From Balanoglossus misakiensis (Eukaryota > Animalia > Hemichordata), in assembly GCA_040954595.2 (NCBI GenBank), contig CM082598.2, forward strand, positions 7,827,097 through 7,891,096: a stretch of DNA of 64,000 nucleotides. Direction: 5' to 3'. Shown piece after piece: positions 55,300 through 64,000 of this stretch. The notes under the pieces were generated by a model. It worked only from the letters and a program-made list of their open reading frames with translations, did not search any database and was not told where the DNA came from. A program made the position numbers and the translations under genes. Position 1 is the stretch's first letter; every line of letters starts with the position of its first letter.

Positions 55300-56911
55300 A
55301 AAATCCAATATGGCAACCATGAAGAAGACAATTAAAGCAACATGCTGCATTGGAGGGACCAAAGTGGTAAGCATGGTTCCAAAAGAAAGCAAAGGCTGTT
55401 TCTGTTGTGGATGCCAAGAAATAGTAAAGTAAGCCAGAGGTCATGCAAAATTGTGCTAACAAAATTTGATATCAAACTGATCAGTGTCCAACAAAAAACC
55501 AGACTTCTAAACTCTATTGGTAGTACTCATGTGAACAAAATCATGACTGTTAAGCTTTTTAACAAGAAGCATATCCACGTACAATTAAGTTATGGAAAAA
55601 AAGGATCAAAGGACATTCGAAAGTTGCCCAAAAATTGTAACATAATCTGGTCATATGGTGACTCGTATCTATTTAAAGGATTTGTGTAGGCTAGAAATAG
55701 GATTTTTTTTAAATTGTGTGTTTAGAAAATCTGATTTGGCTTTAATTAGGTTAAACCAATCACAATTCACTTGAAAATGTGATTAGAAAAAGATTTGTGA
55801 AATTTTTCATGAAATTTTTCAAAAATCCAATATGACAACCAAGGTGACATGACAACTAATGATATTATTGTCAAACATTGAACCGCACAGTAAATTAGAA
55901 CTTGATTTGCCTTGTAGTTGTTGAAAAGATGTCAATTTTTAAGGGTTATCAGAATATCCAATATGGCCGCCATTAAGAAGAAATGGGACAGGCCCAAGCG
56001 GTTAGCATGGTTCCAAGAGAAAGCAAAGGCTGTATCTGTTATGGATGCTGAGAAATGGTAAGTAAGCCAGAGGTCACGCAAATTTGTGCTAACAAATTTT
56101 GATATCAAACTGAGCTGTGTCCAACAGAAAACAGACTTCTAAGCTCTATTGGTTTACTTGAAATAGCTTATGTACAAAATTATTGTGTTAAAGTTTAATA
56201 CTTCATTAGGTGTTCCAGTCCAACAAATTTGAAGGCTGTATCTGCTGTACATTCCAAGGCATGGGATAGTAGATCAAAGGTCATTGCCAAAATTATCAAA
56301 AGATTTGGGTTATGTCCTGGCAGCAGTAGTACTCATGTGAACAAAATCATGACTGTTGTGCTTTTTAACAAGAGGCATATCCACATAAAATAAGTTCTGG
56401 AATTACTGGATCAAAGGACATGCGAGAGTCGCAAACAAATTGTTTAATCAAGTTCTGTAAAAACTTGATCAAAGAACATGTGAAAGTATTCTAATACTTG
56501 TGACATATTCTGGTCATATGGTGACTCATATCCATAAAAAGAATTTGTGTGGTTTCAATGAGCAGGCTAGAAATAGGAAATTTTAGTCTTTTATCGGAGA
56601 TCAGAAAATCCAATTTGGCTCTAATAAGGTTTACCTAATCACAATTTACTTGAAAACTTGATTAGAAATAGATTTTTGAAATTTTTTTATGATATTTTTC
56701 AAAAATCCAAAGCCACATGACCACTAATGATATTATTGTCAAACATTGAACCGCACAGTAAATTAGAACTTGATTGGCCCTGTAGTTTTAGAAAAAAATG
56801 TCAACTTTTAAAGGTTATCCGAAAATTCAATATGGCTGCCATGAAGAAGACAATTAAAACATTTACTAAAAGCAGCATTGGAGGGACCAAAGTGGTTAGC
56901 ATGGTTCCAAC
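55300..56911. repeat. About two further units of the HINE-related macrosatellite
   Basis: Same anchors (GCATTGGAGGGACCAAAGTGG near 55347 and 56875; GGTTAGCATGGTTCCAAG near 56000). Confidence 0.85.
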
Positions 56912-58234
56912 ATAAAAATGCAAGATTCACAGAAGATTACTTCTTTCAGTTTTACAGGAGATCATCTAAACTTGTAAAAAAAAATCTCTATATTTTTGCA
57001 TGGCACCATGGTAAAATATGAAAATTTGCAATGTTTGATGTTCCGTGTCTCAATCATGTTTGATCTAATTTTCACGAAATTTTCAGATTATATTACAATA
57101 TATGTGCAGATACAGATAGTGACTTATGTTTTTGATATCTGGATTATAATTTAAATTCCCAGGCGCTCAAATATGGTAAACCTAGCATTTTACCATTGCA
57201 AATGGGAGGCCATATTGGGTTGACATTTCATTAGATGGCAATATTTGTTTATACACTGCAATTTGCTGAAAATCAGTTCAATCACTGAAGTAAGTGGAAA
57301 TATTTAAATTCTTGTGTATTTTAGCAATCATAAAGCTTATATTTCTACCAAAAATTTTTTTATACAGTTACTTCTGGACAGCAAAAATTGCCATCATTCA
57401 AATCAAAGTCTCAGATCGGCCCTTTTGCTTGCCTGTGTCGAGCGGATATCAAAAGTGGAGAAAGTTGGATAGTTTAATTTCTACATGTTACCTGTATAAT
57501 CCTTGTAGACTATTAATATTAACAAGAATTTCATATTAAATTTTGGTATGATATGCATAGAAAGACTGGCTGGCTATAAATCATAAAAATGGACGCCGTT
57601 GCACCATACAGTTTTACTGCACACACGTATTTTAAGCACACTGTGTCTTTCATGTATTCCACTTTTCTCCCTTCCTTGCTGGCTTTCTCTATTTCTTTTC
57701 TGACTGTGTCTTTATGAAATTACTGATTTTTTTTGGTAATTCAATTTCTGGCTCAAATAAATGTACTAGAGCTGGTAAGGTTTCCTGAACATTAATCCCT
57801 GTATCTTAAACGCATGTGTGCAAGTTCATATAAAGTTCATTGGTTAAAGGAATATTATGAGCTGATAAATTTACTAAGCTCTTCTTTCCAGTTAGAAGCT
57901 CTGCAATATTATCAACTACTCTTAATGCTACTTCAATAATGTTGCCTGTGCAAATTGACAATCAAAATATCCATTAGTTAGACAACATATTTGGTTGGGT
58001 AATTACAGAATAATTACTTTAATTTCATGCATACTCTACCTAAACTCAAATTAGAATATATAACTGAAATTATAATTATACACAGGTCTATGAAATGTTA
58101 AGAAAATATAAAATCTAGGAAAGAACACCCATGGGCATTCAGCTCTTAGCAGATAACATCAGTTACTTTGAAGACATGTCACTTCCCAGACTTTACTAAA
58201 AAAATTCCAACTCTGAAGTGAAACACATCTCCAA
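56912..58234. repeat. 1.35-kb direct duplication, copy B (1323 bp)
   Basis: Matches 53949-55299 but lacks the long T/G homopolymer tract of copy A. Confidence 0.93.
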
Positions 58235-58639
58235 GTTGCATACACAATATTATCATATACTGTTAGAGATTTATAATGGTTTAAGTGAAAAAATAAAGAG
58301 ATGTAAACACCCCTGCCATTTATTCAGTGCCATGTAATGCTGCCATTATGCACTGATTGACTCTAGCCACTTTCCCAGTGGGAGGAAAAAGACTTTAATG
58401 GACAACACCAACATATGACGTTAACAAGCGGGAAGAAACGAAAGTTACTCAGTTTTTGGCATTTTATTTTTATTTGCAAGATCGAGAAATTAAAATATGA
58501 CAAGTTTAGAAATCAATCAAATTACACAAAATGTCCCACTTCGTATGGTGGCCATATTGGATTCTAAACTCCCTAGTAATATAAACATATAGTGTACTTA
58601 GTGAGTCTCAGTATATGGTAATCGACACAGTCAGACAAA

Positions 58640-59120
58640 ACTCGGGTTACCCTTTGGAATATTCCTATCAAATTTCAAAGCAATCCCATATGCAGTTTCA
58701 GAAAAATCAGTATTTTCTCCAAAATTGTATAATATCTTACTTCAATCGCTTCAGGGAAGATGCCTACCAAAGCTCAAGGCAATCTGACATGCAGTTTGAA
58801 AGAAAATAATTTTTGATGAAAAATTCCGCAACTTTCACTCACAAAACGCAAATATGTAAATTTCAAGTATTTTTGTAAATATCTCATTTAATTATCCCCA
58901 AGGAATATGCCTACAAAATTTGAAAGCAATCTCACAAGCGGTTTTAGAGAAAACAATTTTTGACCAAAAATGGCAAAAATTGCTACAAAATTATAAATAT
59001 GCACATTTTTCATCAACCAGGTTTTCATCAACTGGGACCACACATACAAAAGTATGCTTCAAAGCAACACGACTCTTGGAGAAAAAATGCTTGTCACCCT
59101 GGTCAAAAAATTGGCTTTAC
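58640..59120. repeat. Degenerate ~100-145-bp tandem repeats (interspersed-element core repeats)
   Basis: Recurrent ATGCCTAC(C)AAA.TT(C/G)AAAGCAATC..ACA.GC.GTTT..GA.AA..A.TTTTTGACCAAAAA motif, about 4 copies. Confidence 0.65.
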
Positions 59121-59302
59121 TAAAACATCAAATTGGTTATCTCTCAAAGCTAAAAGGGGTATCACCAACAAACAGATTACAATGCCTGAGTTAAAATGTT
59201 TAAGACATTTTCTTTATTTGTGGTTTTGGTTTTATCGGTTTTCCCAATAAAAATTAGGATAATTTTTTAAGTATGCCAACGGAGAGGTGGAAATCTCACC
59301 AG

Positions 59303-59404
59303 AAAAGCGAAAATACGCCAACCACATGTAAACAGTAAAAAGGTTACGAAAAAAACAAACAAACAGAAAAGCGAAAATACACCAACCACGTTTAAACCGT
59401 AAAA
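59303..59404. repeat. Short direct repeat, two ~38-bp copies about 64 bp apart
   Basis: GAAAAGCGAAAATAC(G/A)CCAACCAC(A/G)T(G/T)TAAAC(A/C)GTAAAA occurs twice. Confidence 0.75.
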
Positions 59405-62239
59405 TTAAAAAAAAACTTGCAAACACCGAGTTGTCTCATATAAAAACCTCACAGTACGTAAGGAATTATGTATGGAAAGATACCGTGGTCTTCCGACCTT
59501 CCGCTAAACAAAGACTATACGTATGGAACTATCGTTCCGTCCACCAGCAAAGAGACTTTCCGGAGAAAAACCTTCTCTACCCGTACCTTATGTCGCCACA
59601 CAGACGTGCCATTTTGGCACAACCGTTCGACAGTATGGTCGACTATTTTGACACTAAAAATTCTGCAGCGCTGCCATTATTTCAATATCACAAACCGGCC
59701 CTACGTGCGCTTAGGCAAGAGCCCTAGCAATAACATTCTCACAAAATATAACCCTATAAAAATGACTAGACTTTCTCGATTATGACTTCCTGGTCTCCTG
59801 ATTCGGGAGCCAGCGCAGCCATACCCAGAATAGCCGAGAGGCATGGCTAGCTGCACGCCCGTAGCTCGGAATTGTTTCTGGAATTAGACCTACTTCTGTT
59901 CAACTACAAGGTGTTGTACGGATAGCTGCAAGTCACCCAATACCAGACAAAACAATCGGGCGACAGTAACGTAGCTATATAGGCGATTTTACTGAAAGCA
60001 ATGACTGAATTATGAGCCTACCGAAAAGACGTCTTGATCCCGCGGCAAGTAGAAGGAAAGTGGTCGAAACCCGGCGTCGCACACCGGAAACGGGTCAATG
60101 ATCACCTGTTGTTATGGTGAGTAGGACCTGTTACCCAATCACAGACCAAAGTTAGCATTACGACACACTAATGAATATGCATACATGCTACAGCTGCATA
60201 TTTTATTTCTTTAGAACGCTCTGGAACATGATCGCAATCGAAAGAATATCTCATTTGCTTCTTGAGTGTGAGTGCATCATTGTCTACACAATAAAATCGG
60301 GGGGGGGGGGGGGGGGCACAGTGGGTAATTTCTACCACAGCCACGCATTTCAAATCAGGCAAGCGAACTGCAAACTTCCGATGTCTGAGCAACGGGTTTG
60401 ATGTGCCTTGTGTTGTGAACACTTATTCGACTTCGAGGAAACAGACCTATAATACTTCCTAATGTGTTTCTCTTTCTGTGTCATCTTGGTCAGTCAGACC
60501 ACGATACCGGAGATCGTAAACTGCTTGGGTTAGGTCGCGTCGAGGAGGCTGCAACTGCGGCCACAGGTCAAGTCGGTGTATGTTGTAAACAACATGGTAA
60601 ATGCCTCCCGCACAGCAACACGCTCTCTCTACCGTACTTTCGATTGTTTCCATGTCAGTTTCACGTTGGCTCGTTATAATGCCCCTACGCTTATCGTAAT
60701 CTCGGGATCGTAATTATTATTTTATTATTATTATGATTATTATTTATCTTTATTTCAGACACAACCGTCCATAGAAATAGGTTACTAAAACTGACAAAAA
60801 CACTAGAAAAGTAATAAATAAAATAAATGTAAAAAATATAATAGTTTTAAGAATCAATGTAAAATGTCAATCCAGTGGGCATGTAGTCCATAAAAGCGCA
60901 TATCTCATGAGACAAGACGATTGATCAAAACATTGGGACTAGTACAGAGACGAACAGAAAAATTAAAAGCGACTTTTCTTCTCATGACGGAGAAGCAGTT
61001 TATGGCGTTTAGAACAAATATTTTAGAGGCACTTTCGTGTCCGGGTGACCAAGAAGTCTTCCAAGTGCATTGTTGTGACATACGATGATATTCCGGATAT
61101 TATACAAATTAAAATCGCACCATAAATAAGAGTCATAAATGTTATTACAAAAAGCATTAAATAAACGCAATTTCACATCGACAGAACACGAATTGAACTT
61201 TCTCAGGAGAAAATTAGGCCTAGCCCTTCCACACGTTATGTATTCGTGTTATGCTTGTCCCACTGATCTGACAGCACACTCGCTTTTATTGTGTCCTTTT
61301 GTCCCGTTCGCCAGCACTGTGTGTAGGCCTGCGTTTTCCGTTAACAGACTATCCCGTTCGCCAACTTTACTGAACTGCAAATTGAAGAATCGGTTTTCAG
61401 CTAGGCCGAAACGGCCGGGGTCGCGTACATTAAAGGCCGAACCGATAAGAATAAGTGCCGTAACGACTTGTTACCGGCTGGGACGGCTACGAGCCAAGAG
61501 CATATTGCAGCTCAGTGTGGCAGGGCCGGTGGTGTGTCTTACGGGCGATGTCTCCACACACTGTACTGCTCTGTTTGATAAGAGTGTCCAAGCTTCGGAC
61601 CACGGTCATGTTCGGACTTATGTCTTAACTTTGCTTTGTAAACACATTACCAAAGTACAACCCACCCATGTTTGTTGAAATTAGATGTAGTCACATGGCG
61701 GAGTTCTCATCCTATCGGGATGCGTTTATCTCGGAATCGGCTGCTTTTCCATCGTCGAGTTTGATTTCATGTCCGATTCATAGTCGAGTTATATGATGAT
61801 CCCTGATTGATGTCTATTTTTTTCGGGGCGCGGGGGGGGGGGGGGGGGTTCATGGGATTGATAATTCGAGGCAGGAGAAGAAATATGTCGACAGCGCAAA
61901 TTGCCATTTTCTCGCTTTGTTTCGTCGATTTTGACAACTGCATTGGTCGAGTGGTCTTAAATTTTACCCATCTAACAAAACAACTTTGTAGTCTATAAAG
62001 TGCTCCCAGCTGGAAACGTCGATTCAATTCGATTCATCATGAATTTGATCCAATTTTCTAAAAACCTAACTTGCGGGCGCTGTTACTTCTCAATGTAAGC
62101 AGGTAACGTAACACAAACTGGTCGTTTTTTCATACTTGTGCTATATTTAAGTAGGATGCGTGGCCAACGTTTGGACTTAATTTTTTGTTATTGACATAAT
62201 ACCACACGAGCTGATATGACCTAATTTAAAAAAAACTGT

Positions 62240-62780
62240 CCCAAAACTGCCAAACTCAAATATTCAAACATCATCAAAATTGTACAATATCTTACATCAA
62301 TCAGTATAAGGAACATGCTTACCGAAGTTCAAAGCAATCTAACAAGTGGTTTCAAGGACAAAAACTTCTGACGAAAAATTGCAACAGTTAGGCCCTACCT
62401 CAAGAACATAAATATGCACATTTCAGCAAAATTTTAAGACAACTCACAATTGCTTAACCCTGAAAACATGCCTACCAATTTTCAAAGCAATCTGACAAGC
62501 GGTTTCCGAGAAAACGATTTTTGACCAAAAATTGCAAAATTTGGCCCATAATTACAAATATGCAAACTTTGCAACAATTTGAAAAAAAAAACAAAGATCA
62601 CCTATAGGAAGCTTTATACTGATTTTTTTTTACAGAAATCGACCAATCACTTTCATAGAAGATGTGGAAAAAATGAAAGTACAAAATTCACGATATAAGG
62701 TCAAAACTTATAGAGCTCTGTAATGTTGGCAGAAGATATATGCATACCAATTTTCAAAGAAATCTGACCAGTAGTTTCCA
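62240..62780. repeat. Second cluster of the same degenerate repeat family as 58640-59120
   Basis: ACATGCCTACCAATTTTCAAAGCAATCTGACAAGCGGTTTCCGAGAAAACGATTTTTGACCAAAAA near 62467, with related copies near 62315 and 62740. Confidence 0.65.
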
Positions 62781-64000
62781 GCTAATGTGTCCGAGAACAG
62801 ACAAAAACAGAGAGCAGAACAGCCAAAGTGAGAGAACAGAATAGCCAAAACTATCAACAGCGCTTAACTCCACATCTGAAAGCAAACCATTTGTTGGAGC
62901 GATATTCAGGTCCTAAGAAAACTCAAACTTCAATCAGACAGAACATACTGGTCATCACAATTGCCTTCTGATTGGAATCTGTGCTGGAAAAGCAACAACA
63001 AATACTGATCCTCACCTGAAATCAAAGAGACAGACAAAAGTACTCATTTTATCAGAATATTTATTTTAAGTATGCAAAAATCCTAATATGATATATCTGT
63101 CTACTTATTTATCATGATAGGAAAATTGTTGAAATAAAAATATCAAAGATATTCCTTCCTAATGCTGCATATAATATTTACATACTCTGGCAGTCTTGTA
63201 AGTACAATGAAATGTTAGTCAGAAGCTCTTCTTAAGAACTGAGTAATTCTCAGTACAACAAGCAATATGTGGAAAATACCAACTTAGCATCTGAGGCAAA
63301 ATGAAAGAAATTGAGGAATGGTGTCCCCCCTCCCCTTCAGCACTATACATGATTCTACAGCCTCAGAGGGTCATTCTTCACACACACATAAAATGAATGG
63401 CTGATTACATGAAATATTTTCGAAAGTCAATAAGTGGTCATGAAAGGCTCTTGTTTTTGTTAAAATAAAAAAATATTAGGAAATTCAAGAAAGGTAAAAA
63501 GCAATGTATGTGAATATTGATATTAAAAACATGTGAATTTAATCATTTGGCTACTATGGTCACTGGATAGAAGAGATTAGGACTTTGTTATGACTTTATT
63601 TGCATTTGAATAGTGAAGTTTCCTTTTGACGTTGAACCCCATAGCTGGACGAGAAAATGATCTAAACGTATCATGAACGTTTATTTTGTTGACACCATTC
63701 ATTAATTTACCTTTTTAAGCATATATAAATGCATTATATCTCGATTGTAATTTGAGTGCATTTCGAGTCTATTAAAGTACTTTTCGTCGTACGAGGTCTC
63801 CTTCGCTCCAGTCACTTCCTTATAACAGACTATATTTCTTCACATGCATCTAATAGTTTGATTCTAACATACTTGTCACGGGTGTCGCCGTTCACCACAA
63901 AACACACCAAAATGGTTTAAAGGTTTCACAAGACATAGGCCTATAACATTTCTTAACTGAAATTGAAGAGGGACATCATCAGTTCATATGTGTGGCCGGT

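Noticed and set aside
44977-59250. Numerous 60-120 aa ORFs in the macrosatellite and the duplicated segment
   Set aside because: Frames are not conserved between copies and there are no domain features, apart from the piggyBac remnants listed as features.
61139-61678. 179-aa ORF
   Set aside because: No recognisable domain or protein-like composition. It is plausible by chance in GC-richer sequence.

Overview
AT-rich animal (probably invertebrate) heterochromatin-like DNA with no intact protein-coding gene that I can support. From left to right: an ~89-bp satellite (1-2460); a dead Ty3/Gypsy pol fragment (RNase H plus integrase); a CACT-type TIR element; an inverted pair of 5' halves of an Academ-like DNA transposon; a ~31.4-kb array of a ~190-bp satellite with nested higher-order duplications, whose right end is joined to a tRNA-like A-box/B-box head pointing into the array; a minisatellite; a Helentron-like non-autonomous element (HINE) and a ~0.65-0.9-kb macrosatellite related to it, carrying two independent piggyBac-derivative insertions at TTAA sites; a 1.35-kb local duplication; and a CpG-richer stretch near 59.4-62 kb. 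Nearly all ORFs in 9.4-40.8 kb are by-products of the 192-bp monomer. The most unusual observation is the Pol III-type head on the large satellite. All alignments and identities were judged by eye.
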